NCBI GenBank assembly: GCA_964270895.1 | Contig: OZ185436.1 | DNA: 64,000 nt | Reading direction: 5' to 3' (one strand) | DNA from: Podarcis filfolensis | Lineage: Eukaryota | In this document: positions 22,992 through 34,230 of the stretch, in pieces | How the letters are laid out: every line of letters begins with the position of its first letter | Position numbering within the stretch: the first letter of the stretch is position 1 | The notes under the pieces: model-generated | Told to the model about the DNA's origin: nothing | Database searches by the model: none | Seen by the model: the letters and a program-made list of their open reading frames with translations, nothing else | Program-made: the position numbers and the translations under genes

Positions 22992-23132
22992 ATGGGAAGA
23001 AGGAGGAGAGGTTTGGTGTGCGGTGGCAAGAGATATAGGGGAAGGGAGTCCGTGGAGGGGAGGAGGAGGAGGAGGAGGAGAAGGAAGGCGGCCCACTGTC
23101 AGGTGTCTTTATGAAAGGACAGTGCAGACGAC
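22992..23132 (-). CDS. DBN1: Drebrin A-specific cassette exon (exon 11)
   Basis: ctcagcag|GT; GRLHCPFIKTPDSGPPSFSSSSSSSPPRTPFPYISCHRTPNLSSFFP matches the drebrin A insert; 141 nt, phase 1-1; donor T|GTAGGT. Confidence 0.92.
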
Positions 23133-25382
23133 CTGCTGAGAGAAAGACAAGACAGACGGACGGAGACAGAGAAAGCAGAAGAGAATGATCAGTCTCCCCT
23201 CCAGCTGCCCACTCCATCTCCCGCCCGCCCCCCTGCTCATGCCACTGGGCAAGCAAGGCCCACGTGAGGGGCTGGGGAGGCAGGGGAAGACTGTGAGGGA
23301 GGCGGGTCTCTGCAAAGGCAAGGAGGAGGGTGGGAGGAGGCTCCTGGGGGCAGCAGTGCAGGGTGGGGGCTGGGGAAAAGCAAAGGCAGCGGCTGGGGGG
23401 CACGAGGGCCAGGCTGGAGCAGTGTGGAGGGGGCAAGATGGCATCAGGAAGGCTGGGCAGTGCAAGAAAGTGAAGCGGGAGAGAAAGAGGAAGCTCGGAG
23501 GCAGGATACGCAAGTGGTGCCGGGGAAGACGAGTTCATGCCAAGGTCCCTATGTCAACTGGCAACCTGGTCCCCAATAGAGAGTCGACCCAAACTATCAC
23601 ATAGAAGTGTGAACCCAAAGCCGTAATGCAGAGGGCTCCAGAGAGCAGAGTTCATGCCTTAGCCCTGAGGCAGGGATAGTCGCAGCTGCGCCATTCTCTG
23701 CGGTGGGCAGCCCAAGGAGCCAGAAAAAGCCACAGCAGAGGTGCAAAGGAGTTCTCTAGCATGAACCACCCATGGAGGCTGCTGCAAATAAAGCGCTGAG
23801 TCTCTGCGCCTCTTTGCCAAAACAATGCCTGGAGGTTCTGCAGCCTACTCAGGTCTGGTGGGCTGTACAAAACTCACAAGCAGCCAAGAAGTGTGTCCTA
23901 AGCAGCAGCCAGGAATTGGGGTGGGAGAGAGCACAAGAGAAAATCTCACCCGCTGCTGCCCCTGCTTTCTTTTGTCCAGTTCCTTCCATAGGGAAACCTG
24001 TGGCCTCCCAGATAATATCAGGCTACATATCCCATCCCTTCTGATCATCAGCCATGCTGGCTGAGGCTGAAGGAGCCCAACACCTCCTGGAGGGCCACAG
24101 GTTCTCCCTCCTGGCTACAGAGGCACAGACTCGCTTGATGCAATGCAAACTGCGGCATGATTTCTGGGCCCCTTGTCTTGTTTACATTGGCTTATTCCTA
24201 GTGTCCCTTTGCTCACCTGCCCACTCCAGCAGTACCATTCTTCAGACAGCACTGTCAAGGGGAGAAACAGGCTGCTAGGCTGGAGCATCCCCCCCAAGGC
24301 TGGCCAATTCGATAAATAACACTGAGAGCTCCTGCTGCCTAGCTAACCCACTCAGACCCACTCGCATACTGGGATGATGCAACTGAGGTGATGGAGGACC
24401 ACTTTGCTGCAGGGACACCACTTGGAAACTTCCCATCAGGGAAGCCAATTGTCTGCAGGTTCCAGACACCATGAAAGCAGGGTGTGGTGATGATGGACTG
24501 CCAATTCAGATTTAGCCCAGAATGGAACGTTTTCTACATCAATGACTACATGATAAATGATCTTTTGCTTCCACATTAAATTCTCAAAGGGTGAGAGGTT
24601 CGCTATAGTGTCCTCAAAGACAGATGATCCCCCAGACCCTGTCTTGAAAATCAAGCTATGCTAGATTTGATCCACAGCCCAGAAACACACACCTTGTGTG
24701 GCGTTGGCATCAGCAGCAACCCCTGATCCAGGAGGGATATTGTGAGCCTTGCGCAAGAGAAAGGCAGGACAACCTGCGCCACAGATGTCTTACTCTAAGC
24801 CCCATGTGCTGGATAATGACGTAGTATAACCCTGAAGATCTCATTTCTACTGTTCTCCAAAACTGACAAAACTGTTGCCGTTTTGGACAATGAAATAGAT
24901 ATGAACTAGAATATATATATCCAACAACAACACCTAATCAAATTATTGGACGCAAAACTTGGTTATATGTGATAAGAAAGGACATAAGTCTTTTGTTATA
25001 GTTAGGAATTTGCCACTTTTCAGGCTTTCATAGGATGCTGGCTGTTTTCCTTATGGTGAGACTCAGCAGCAGGGAATGTCTCTTCTCTGCACCTCATTCT
25101 GTGTTCAACTGACCTCTGGTCATGTTTCTGAGGTTTTTGCATTTTACTTTTGCTTCCTTAAACAACCCCCCCCCATCTGCTCATATCACCCGTAGCAGAC
25201 ATTTCCAGGTGTCTGGATGCTCCCACTGCCTTGCCCTGAGATGTATAATGGCCCACCTTCCATTTGAAAACAAAAACAAAACAAAAACCAGGTTGCTGAA
25301 ATCTTCCTGACCGCTTCCCCACCAACCCTCATTCCATTTTCTGTACTCCCTGCCTGAAGCAGTGCCGGCAAGGGCTCTCTAC

Positions 25383-25494
25383 CTGTTCTGTTGATGGGCG
25401 GGGCTGTCTCTGAACTGGCTGAAGCCACTCGCTCTTGCTGCCTGAAGAACTCGCGGGGGTTCTCGGGCCTCTGAGCAATGATGGCAGCCGCCTC
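25383..25494 (-). CDS. DBN1: Drebrin, exon 10
   Basis: cag|GAG; EAAAIIAQRPENPREFFRQQERVASASSETAPPINRT; donor G|GTAGAG; 112 nt. Confidence 0.95.
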
Positions 25495-26073
25495 CTGTCA
25501 GGATGCGAGGGGAAGAGGCGAGAGAGGACGGTCAAGGGCAGCCCAGTCCACAGGCCCACACAGACCCCGTCATAAACCCAGCCCGACCCCCCTCACACCC
25601 AGCTCTGCCCCTCCCCATGCAGTTGTCAGGGCAACAGTGACAAAACATGATACGTGCCACACACAAACGGTGTCCCTCACCCCATGCCCCACCCCCACCC
25701 CCAGCAGCAGCAATGGCACACAGTGACAGGGGGGGAAAAAAGAAAAGTGACAGCACCACAATCTGTCTTCCTCTTCTGACAAAATGGAACATGTATGTAA
25801 GCAAAGGAGGAGAGACGAGGACAGCCGGGATCCCGCCTTGCTCCCCAGAGAGAGAACTGATGCCCAGCCTTGCTTAAGCACAGACTTCCGCTCATCAACA
25901 GCACACTCCAGCTTCTCCACAGGACAACAGTCGCCAGAATTGAAGGCCCCCCCCCTCCCCGCCAAAACTCTCCACACACAAACACGACAACCCTCATGCA
26001 GCAAGAGCCCTGTAGGGTGCATGGAGGTCCTGCTGCCTACACAACGCATGCTGTGCCCCGGGGCCGCACTCAC

Positions 26074-26133
26074 CTCCACCTCTGACTCAGACTTTTTGGG
26101 CTGCTGCCTGTCTTCGTCGTCCTCCTGCTCCCC
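26074..26133 (-). CDS. DBN1: Drebrin, exon 9
   Basis: ccctag|GGG; GEQEDDEDRQQPKKSESEVE; donor GAG|GTGAGT; 60 nt; CTGAC branch-point candidates upstream. Confidence 0.93.
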
Positions 26134-26194
26134 CTAGGGAGAGAGGTCAGCGTCAGCCCCAGGGCACCTCAACCACACCAGAAGACCCTACATT

Positions 26195-26225
<31 letters not shown>

Positions 26226-26228
26226 TTG
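26195..26228. repeat. (CTGT)n / (TTTG)n microsatellite
   Basis: Direct reading. Confidence 0.9.
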
Positions 26229-26432
26229 CTTTACTGTTATTCTCCTGGCCTAGCACAAAGCTGGAGAGAGGAAGAGCTCTTGGGCAGCAAGGCGTCCTCA
26301 CCCTGGCTGCAGAGTGGGTCCCCAATGTCACCAGCCAGCCTTGGTGCTGAATCCCTACCTCTGCCAACCTCCTTGGGGGAGCCAGTGGCACAACTGGACA
26401 ATCCTCCCCCAAGCTCTTGAAGCATCACTTAC

Positions 26433-26496
26433 AAAGATGGACTGCTCCTTCAACCGCTGCTTGGCTTCCTCCGCCTCCAGGGTCTGCTGCTTTCGC
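26433..26496 (-). CDS. DBN1: Drebrin, exon 8
   Basis: ccag|G CGA; RKQQTLEAEEAKQRLKEQSIF; donor TTT|GTAAGT; 64 nt. Confidence 0.95.
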
Positions 26497-26619
26497 CTGG
26501 TGGGAAGGGAAAGGAGGAGAAGGAGGAGGAAAAGAAGGCTTGAGAGATCCTGGTACTGGAATGCTAGGGCCTGGGTAGGACAGGCCGCAGGCTGACTTGG
26601 CTTTCTAACATTTAACATC

Positions 26620-26646
26620 AATAATAATAATAATAATAATAATAAT
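26620..26646. repeat. (AAT)n microsatellite, probably a LINE tail
   Basis: aataat... followed by accccaccc. Confidence 0.9.
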
Positions 26647-28096
26647 ACCCCACCCTTCCTTGCAAAGCAGCAGGAAGTAGCCAATCAGTCAAAAGATAGC
26701 CTTCTCCATTCAGGAACCATGGAGAACCGGCTGACCTCCAACTTTATTCCAAAGTTGTGTATATTTGAAATTTTCTGTTGCACCCTCACTTAATCCTTAT
26801 TATGCACCATTTCCCCCATTAGCTCTTATTTCAAGGCCTCTTAAATCATTTTCACTGGTCTCTAGAGCCCACTCTAAAGCTTGCTCTGTGCCTATTTTGC
26901 CAGCAAGCAGGAAAATCTCTTGGGCACCTCCAGATAGCATGGCCTTTTTTTGTTTCCTGCGGGTATTTTCTGCAATGTGTCTTTGATGCAATAATAACGC
27001 ATTAGCCGTGGACTTACACTGGACAGCCCACACATCATTCCGCTTTCTTAGTTGTTTGGCAATGCTACTGCATGTGCTGCTGCACTATGGCCATTGGGAG
27101 GGAGGGGCACCCTTTTGCTATAGCACAACCAAAGCAGGACAACCCACCCATCCCAGAAGTTGCAGGATTTCAGCAGGAAGCGATGGGGCATGCACCAGCT
27201 GGAAATGAAGCAGCATGTCCCCCTCTGAACTTTCGCAGGCCCAAACAACATTGAAAGCGGAATCACGTATAGCTGCCCTGATACCATCTTGAGCACAGAT
27301 CATCATGCTTGTGTGATAAAAATAACATTTGGAGGGGTTATTATGCCTTGTGTTCTGGGAGCCCCTCTGCTAAATGCCTCCTGTCGCTCCGTGTTTTGCA
27401 AGTGTGTCCCATTCCAAATCCCACCCTGTTTCTGCCTCCCACCTTTAAACGGTTACCTTCTGAGCTTCCTTTCTTAGCTGTTAGACTTTACAAGTTAGCC
27501 TAATGCATTTCATACCTTGTCAGCTCACCAAGGTGTTCCAAGTTCTTATCCTACCACTTGGCATTCTGTCTGCTGCATGTTCACCTACCTAGGAACCACT
27601 GTTGTGTATGAAAACGACGATGTGTTTGTACTCTTAATCCAGCCTACCATAGCTGTTTGGATATAAACCACAACACGAGAAAGTATGCCCAAATATGTCC
27701 TGCCCAGGCTGGGTCCAATCTATCTCTCTATTAAAATTTCATCACTGCTACTCATGCAAATGCAAAATGATTTAAGTGCTTCACTTCAGAGACCGTAATC
27801 GTTCAGCAGTTATGAAACAGCACTGCCATCCGACACACACAGCCCTCCAAAGAGCTGCAGAAGTCCTGATAAACCTGAGAAATCACAGAACAGGGACTGT
27901 TTATTGCACATATGGAATATGAAACCATTAAAGGCACATTGGCTACTGTTTCATGGTTCCCTCTGCTCCCAAATGAATATGCAGGAGGTGGCAAAGACCT
28001 ATAATTTCAGATGTTTCTTCAATCTATTCTGGTAAGACACAGGGCAAGTGGTATGGCTTTGACCAAAGCAGCCAATCCTTCTGTCATCAGAAGAAG

Positions 28097-28421
28097 TAAA
28101 CATCATTCAGCCCGGACACTGAGGTCCAGCGCTGAGGGCCTTCTGGCAGTTCCCTTGCTGCGAGAAGCCAAGTTACAGGGAACCAGGCAGAGGGCCTTCT
28201 TGGTAGTGGCACTTGCCCTGTGGAACGCCTTCCCACCAGATGTCAAAGAGAAAAACAACTACCAGACTTTTAGAAGACATCTGAAGGTAGCCCTGTTTAG
28301 GGAAGCTTTTAATGTTTAACAGACTATTGTATTTTAATATTTTGTTGGAAGCTGCCCAGAGTGGCTGGGGAAACCCAGCCAGATGGGTGGGGTATAAATA
28401 AATTGTTGTTGTTGTTGTTGT
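28097..28421 (+). mobile_element. L2-type LINE 3' end (ORF2 C-terminus, 3'UTR, (GTT)n tail)
   Basis: Encodes ...QGTRQRAFLVVALALWNAFPPDVKE...FRRHLKVALFREAF; 3'UTR gctgcccagagtggctggggaaacccagccagatggg. Confidence 0.85.
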
Positions 28422-28979
28422 AAATTGAAAGCTTTGGATTATCCTACAACAACAAGGGAGAACAAACAACTGGGAAAGGGCACTGTGCCAGGGTGCTGCT
28501 GTGCAGTGGCTTTCTACCACACATGACTGCAGGAAAGAGCTCTTTCCAAACTCAACTGCTTAGCCAACCCCCCCCCCCCCAAATCTGCCATGAAATCTTT
28601 CCGAAGAACACACTCAGGTTTCTGCCAGGACTTTGGGGTCTCATCTCTATTCAGTGTGAAGTGCCAGACTGTGCTCCAACATAACATGGCAGAGAACAAT
28701 CAGCAGTGGTGGGCAAGCCATTTTTCAGGGAGAATTGCCTGCCATTAATGGTCTTCACTGGCTTTCAAAGAGCCCCAAGATGCCATGGAACACAGCTTGA
28801 AAACCACTGGTATTATAGGGAGGAAGTAGAATGTGGATTGGGGAGGTTCCAATTCCCACTCACCCACGAAGCGCTCTGAATGACTTTAGGTCAGCCGCTA
28901 CCTCCCAGCTGAACCTACCTCCTAGGAATATTTTGGAGGAAACAGCTATTACCAGCGCAATGCATTCAATAAACATGTA

Positions 28980-29201
28980 CAGTGGATGCTTGGGTTGCGA
29001 ACGTGATCCGGGCAGGATGCACGTTCGCAATCCGCAGCGTTTGCAACCCACAGTGGCGTGTCTGCGCATGCGCGGGTTGTGATTTGGCGCGTCTGCGCAT
29101 GCGCGACCGCCAAAACCCAGAAGCAACCCTTCCGGGTTTCGGCGATCCGTAACCCCAAAAAAAAACGCAACCTGAAGCGCCTGTAACCCGAGGTATGACT
29201 G
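28980..29201. mobile_element. Tc1/mariner (pogo/Tigger-like) MITE
   Basis: TA flanks on both sides; imperfect TIRs CAGTGGATGCTTGGGTT / AACCCGAGGTATGACTG; shares gtaacccgaggta and aacctgaagcg with the 45.2-kb element. Confidence 0.7.
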
Positions 29202-29605
29202 TATATGACTCTGTGAGCAATTAAATTGAAAACAGCAAGAGGTGAGGCTGATATATACCTCCAACCGCACTAAATTATCACGCTGAGCTCAAGCAGACTC
29301 TCACCATCATCAGTACTGGCAGCATAACATTCAGGAAGGACCAAGAGGCACTTAGGCCTATCCAAACAGAGGGAGGAGCAACAGGGCAGCCCATGAAACA
29401 GGACCACTTTTGCTTCCCACAAGGAAGCAACGTGGAAGAGGCATCCTTGCCTGCAAGCAGGATTAGAGCACAAGAGCCCTCTCCCTCCTGTTGGACGAAC
29501 CGATATTTGCCCATCTTGGCTTGCTAAGGAACCACCCGTGTTGCCTCCTTGGCTCCCTTTGCACACAGACAACACCACGGCCAGACCCTCCCGGCTGCCC
29601 CTTGC

Positions 29606-29757
29606 CTGTGTTCCTCAATCTGCTCCTCGCGCTCCCGGTAGCGCTTCTCTCGCTCCTCCTGCTCCTGCCTCTCCTGCTCCATGCGCTCTTGCTCAAAACG
29701 CAGCCGCTCGTCCAGGGCCTTCTTCCGCTCCTCCTCCTTGCGCAGCTCCTCCTCTTT
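29606..29757 (-). CDS. DBN1: Drebrin, exon 7 (coiled-coil), ending at a GC donor
   Basis: cag|AAA; [50 protein letters not shown]; 152 nt; AG|GCAAGG gives the phase 2 that exon 8 requires. Confidence 0.93.
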
Positions 29758-29819
29758 CTGCAAGGGACAGAAAAGAGGGAGAGGGTAGGTGCTGCACCTC
29801 ACACAGAAACAGGGATGAA

Positions 29820-30002
29820 NNNNNNNNNNNNNNNNNNNNNNNNNNNNNNNNNNNNNNNNNNNNNNNNNNNNNNNNNNNNNNNNNNNNNNNNNNNNNNNNN
29901 NNNNNNNNNNNNNNNNNNNNNNNNNNNNNNNNNNNNNNNNNNNNNNNNNNNNNNNNNNNNNNNNNNNNNNNNNNNNNNNNNNNNNNNNNNNNNNNNNNNN
30001 NN
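29820..30002. other. Assembly gap (183 N) in DBN1 intron 6
   Basis: Run of n; the flanking exons 6 and 7 are intact. Confidence 0.99.
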
Positions 30003-30047
30003 CTTGACCTGCCCAGGGACAGGGCTTCCTTGGTAAAACTTTTCTAC

Positions 30048-30125
30048 CTTGGCCTGCTCCCAGAACTGCTCCCGGTTGAGTCGCTTCATCTCCACAGCAG
30101 CATCAGTCTTCTGGTAGGTGGTGCC
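30048..30125 (-). CDS. DBN1: Drebrin, exon 6
   Basis: ttcag|GGC; GTTYQKTDAAVEMKRLNREQFWEQAK; donor AAG|GTAGAA; 78 nt. Confidence 0.97.
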
Positions 30126-30400
30126 CTGAAACAAAGAAATCAAATCAGGAGAGAGACGTGTATGTGTGTGAACGAGCACACACAGATAACAAGACAACTT
30201 GCCAGGTTCTCACTGCCCTGGTGTGTTTCACAATGCTTTGTAACAGCATGGGGGTAACTGACCAGAATATTCTTCAAGGCAGTTCATAACGTATGCTGGA
30301 GGATTTGCAGTGCACCCATCGCAGCCAGTGAGGTTAATCTGAGGTTATTGCTAACTGAAATGTCCACTCCACTGTAACCATCTTTCTTACCCTGCGTCAA

Positions 30401-30519
30401 CAGCCTTCCAAAACCTGGTGCCTGCAGATGGTGTTGGACTACAGCTCCCATCTCCCCCTAGTCCCAGGCCATGCTGGCAGGGGCTGATGGGAGCTGTAGT
30501 CCAAATCTGGGGAAGGCTG
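30401..30519. mobile_element. Palindromic hAT-type MITE
   Basis: TIRs cagccttcc / ggaaggctg; internal ggactacagctcccatc / gatgggagctgtagtcc. Confidence 0.7.
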
Positions 30520-30630
30520 CCCTAAGTAGAAACTGCTTTCAGCAGACCAGCCACAGCCAAGCCCAGAAGTGGCTGGTGTTGCTTCTCCCCAGCAAGGGGA
30601 AAGGGGGGCATGGCAAAGAAGGAGCATTAC

Positions 30631-30777
30631 CACGGGCTGCGCATTCTCATCCTCACGCAGGCGGAGACGGTGCAGCACGGGGCTGGCAATGCGGGCGAGG
30701 CCGTTGGAGAGCCGCTGCCCAATGGCTCCTGGGTCGATGTCTTCCACACTGCTAGCGTTGACAATGACATCCACACC
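30631..30777 (-). CDS. DBN1: Drebrin, exon 5
   Basis: cag|GGT; GVDVIVNASSVEDIDPGAIGQRLSNGLARIASPVLHRLRLREDENAQPV; donor GTG|GTAATG; 147 nt. Confidence 0.97.
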
Positions 30778-31767
30778 CTGTTGAGACATTCAAACCACAC
30801 TGAAAAATGAAGGTCCGGCCACCAAGCTGGAGAAGATGACATAGACCTGTCTGTCCTCTGAGGCTCCAGGGAGCAGGACTAGGACCAGGAAATGGCAGGG
30901 AATGAGATTTCAGCTCAGCTCTTATTGGGAAGAGAGCTGCTAGACAGTAGACAAAGACTGTGTTGGGAGGTGGTGAGCTCCAATGGATTGATTTAAGCGG
31001 AGTCTGGGTGAGCATATTTGTCAGGGATACTGTAGCTTCAAAGGCGGGGAACCCCTTTCAGAGAAAGCCTGCATTCCCTCTTAGGTCGTTTTCTGGGGGG
31101 GCTGCTTGCCAGTGATGGGCAGGGCCAGAGGCAAAAGCAAGCAGAGCAAAGGATGTGAGACGTTTACCTTTGTAGAGCAGGCTCTACTCCAGCCACACAA
31201 AAGCCAGATGCTTACACCCACCTGTGCACCCACTACCTGCCTATCTAAACTGGGCAAGCAGGAGGCATGATCATGGCTCAAGGACATATACCAGTCAGGC
31301 AAAAGCACTTTAGAAAGCCATAAACCAGGCTGATGAGGGGCAAGGACTAAGAAGAGTCCCAAGGGCTGGGCAGAGAGGCCTGGAGGGCCACATCTGGCCC
31401 CCTGACCTCAGGTTCGCCACCCCACTTGAAGCTGCATTTTGCATTGAGCAGGAAGTCAGATAAGAATTTAAGGCAGCTGCCCTGGAGGACAACAGTGGAG
31501 ACCCAGCAGCTGGCACAGGTCTCCTGCCAACAGCTCACGATCAAAACTCCTTGCCCTTCCCAGATGTGGAACCTGTGACCATCCAGATGTTATTGGGCTA
31601 CACTCTCTGTCCACATCTGGAGGGCCACAGGTCTTTCCACCCCTGCATTGCAGAAGAACCATGCTCCCTCTTCCACAAAGTCCCAATCCCTTTCCTACAA
31701 GATGGGAAAGGACTGTTGCATAGGCACTCCCACCTGCGCACCCTTCCCCAAACAGTTTGCCACTGAC

Positions 31768-31842
31768 CTGGAAGAATTCCGCGACTTTGGCCACATGGCT
31801 GGCGCAGGCACACTTGCGGGCATCAGCAACATCCTCTCCCAC
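31768..31842 (-). CDS. DBN1: Drebrin, exon 4 (ADF-H domain)
   Basis: cag|GTG; VGEDVADARKCACASHVAKVAEFFQ; donor CAG|GTCAGT; 75 nt. Confidence 0.97.
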
Positions 31843-32417
31843 CTGCCAGGCATAAAGAGGTACAGGGACGGGGAAGGTTAGTGCTGGAAGATGCCACTCT
31901 CGTGAGACAGCAGCAGACAGCATCTTATTCTACATGCACATAGAGACACAGGCTACTTGGGAGAGCATCTGGAGAGCTCAGAAGGAGGAGGACAAGGGTG
32001 GCACCAGCATGCAAGAAAATGGGATATTCCTCTGGATTTCTGAATGGAAAGCAAGAGCAGCAAGGATTTTCTCTGCAGAAATGTCTTCCTCGGTTATTTT
32101 GGATGAGATGTAGATCAGACATATCACTGTGTCAACAAGGTAGGGAAGCAACACTGCCCCACATGCCTAAGTCTGCAGCTTCTTCTAAGTTCTGGATCAT
32201 CAATGCTTGGCAAGAGGTTTTTTTTGCAGTCTTTTTGTTAAGGACTGGGAAATTTTACAGAGAATACATCTTATACTCCTTCACAGTAGATCTCACCCTT
32301 GCAAAGGGGGTCTTGCTAGGGCTAGTAGCGATAGTCAGTGGTTTCCAAATGGCTGGGTATTTGTTGTTCATTTCTGCCTCTGGGCAGCACTTTGTAATGT
32401 GTTTCTTCTTTTAGGTC

Positions 32418-32505
32418 ACCCTTCCCCAACCTGGTTCTCTCCAGATGCTTTTGGACTACAAGTCCCATCAGCCTTAGCCACCATGGGATGCTGGAAATTG
32501 TAGTT
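32418..32505. mobile_element. Palindromic MITE, left part, abutting an L2 insertion
   Basis: ccttccccaacctgg...ccagatgcttttggactacaagtcccatcag, then an abrupt switch to L2 sequence. Confidence 0.55.
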
Positions 32506-32830
32506 CTGCCCGGACACTGAGGTCCAGCTCTGAGGGCTTTCTGGAGGTTCCCTTACTGCGAGAAGTGAGGTTACAGGGAAGCAGGCAGAGGGCCTTCTCG
32601 GTAGTGGCACCCGCTCTGTGGAACGCCCTCCCATCAGATGTCATGGAAATAAACAACTATCTGACTTTTAGAAGACATCTGAAGTTTTTCATGTCTGATG
32701 TTTTATTGTGTTTTTAATATTCTGTTGGGAGCCACCCAGAGTGGCTGGGGAAACCCAGCCAGATGGATGGAGTATGCATGCATGCATGCATGCATGCATG
32801 CATAAATAAATAAATATATATATATATATT
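32506..32830 (+). mobile_element. L2-type LINE 3' end with (ATGC)7/(TA)n tail
   Basis: Near-collinear with the 28097-28421 copy. Confidence 0.85.
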
Positions 32831-33362
32831 AATATTCAAAATGTCTGGAGGGCATCAGACCAAAGGCAGCTGGTTCAGACTGTTAAACCCATATTTCTAC
32901 ATAGACATTTTTAAAAAGGCCTAGTGAAAGGAACTGTCCACAAAAGCAGTATTTAAAGATTGTCACAAGCTGGGATATGTCAGATAGGATAGGAAGCAAG
33001 TCTGGACAGAAAGTGGGAAGGGGAAGGAGCCAGCCCAATGTGTGAGAGTGGTCAACCCTTTCAGATTCATTAAGGAAAATGGAATTTGTTCCACTAGAGG
33101 GCACTGCAGACAAATCAATGGAAACCCAGCAGTCAGCAAGGGTTCTGCTAGAAAGATCAACCTCCATCGTTACAGGCCTCCTCAGAGCCAGCCAGCTTTA
33201 TGGGGACCTGTATTCACAGCCCAAACAGCACTCATGCCAGCCTTCACAAATGATGGGCTGGTGCTTTTTCCTACACAGAGATTATCTTTAGGTAAACAAA
33301 GACTGTGCACAATTAGGCCCTACGGTTGAGACACCAGGGACCTACCATCAGCCTTCGCCATT

Positions 33363-33497
33363 CAGTGTTTCTCAAACCGGGGTCTCCAGCTGTTGTTGGA
33401 CTGCAGCTCCCATCATCCCTGACCACTGGTCCTGCTAGCTAGTGATGATGGGAGTTGTAGCCCAACAACAGCTGGAGACCCAGGTTTGAGAAACACT
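33363..33497. mobile_element. Palindromic hAT-type MITE (near-perfect hairpin)
   Basis: Arms agtgtttctcaaacc...cccatcatc and gatgatgggag...ggtttgagaaacact; ~56-bp stem with about 5 mismatches. Confidence 0.8.
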
Positions 33498-33755
33498 TGG
33501 CTGTTTCTGAATTCTCCACCCTAGTTTGGACAGGGCTGCCAGCTCCAGATGCTGAGAGGATTCCTGTGCATAAAGAAGGCTGAATTTCTCCTTGTCTGAC
33601 TTTTCTCACCATAGTGGGAGGAAAAGCTGTAACTGGTGGAACTTTCCCTTCCCATGCAGTACCAAGGTCCTCTTTTTGGGTGGCCCAGTCAACTTTAATA
33701 TTGCTCCCCTTTTCAGCACAGAGCAAGCTGCCTCCCAGACTCTTCTTGGACTTAC

Positions 33756-33868
33756 CCAGTTAATGAGGACATATTTAGGGAGGGTGGCCTGAGGGTCTTT
33801 GACACTGCAGAATCCGTACATCACTTTCTGGTTCTCAAAATGGCTGGAGAGTTCTTGTAGGCCGCCAG
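33756..33868 (-). CDS. DBN1: Drebrin, exon 3 (ADF-H domain)
   Basis: ttcttcag|CT; GGLQELSSHFENQKVMYGFCSVKDPQATLPKYVLINW; donor TGG|GTAAGT; 113 nt. Confidence 0.97.
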
Positions 33869-33959
33869 CTGAAGAAGCAAAGAGACAGATTTTATGGGAC
33901 ACAGACCACACTGCTCTTTCCCTTAGGGACATGATAGAGCCAGGGCATTGGTTCATCTA

Positions 33960-34088
33960 TCTCAGTACGGTCTGCGCAGATTGGAGCAGGCTCTCTGGGG
34001 TTTCAAGCAGGGAAGCTGGAGATGCCAGGGACTGGACCAAGAACCTCTGCATGCAGAGCAGATGATATAGCACTGAACTTCAGCCCTT
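33960..34088 (-). mobile_element. tRNA-derived SINE (Squam2-like)
   Basis: ctggagatgccagggactggaccaagaacctctgcatgcagagcagatgatatagcactgaact. Confidence 0.6.
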
Positions 34089-34230
34089 CAGGTGGGTAGG
34101 CAGAGGAACACATGATAAAAGGGACTAATCTCTCAACTTACTGGGTGTGCCCTTGCCACAACTCATGGCCATTTATCTCCCCACCCCTTGCCACTTCAAC
34201 TCTAACCCTGTTGAAAAAAATGGGATTTTT

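Noticed and set aside
26195-26225. (ACAG)n on the DBN1 sense strand as decoy acceptors for exon 9
   Set aside because: They lie upstream of good CTGAC branch-point candidates, so they should not compete
28011-28319. 102-aa ORF as a host gene
   Set aside because: It is the C-terminus of a truncated L2 ORF2
29491-30257. ORFs of 181 and 239 aa containing X runs
   Set aside because: Open only because they cross the N gap; antisense to DBN1 exons 6-7
28097-32520. Shared 5' truncation point of L2 copies, suggesting a short non-autonomous family
   Set aside because: Only two copies start within ~12 nt of each other; the 17-kb copy extends further, consistent with ordinary truncation
33363-33497. 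CRISPR-like or miRNA locus
   Set aside because: No repeat-spacer array; these are dispersed palindromic MITEs with TIRs; no evidence for a miRNA
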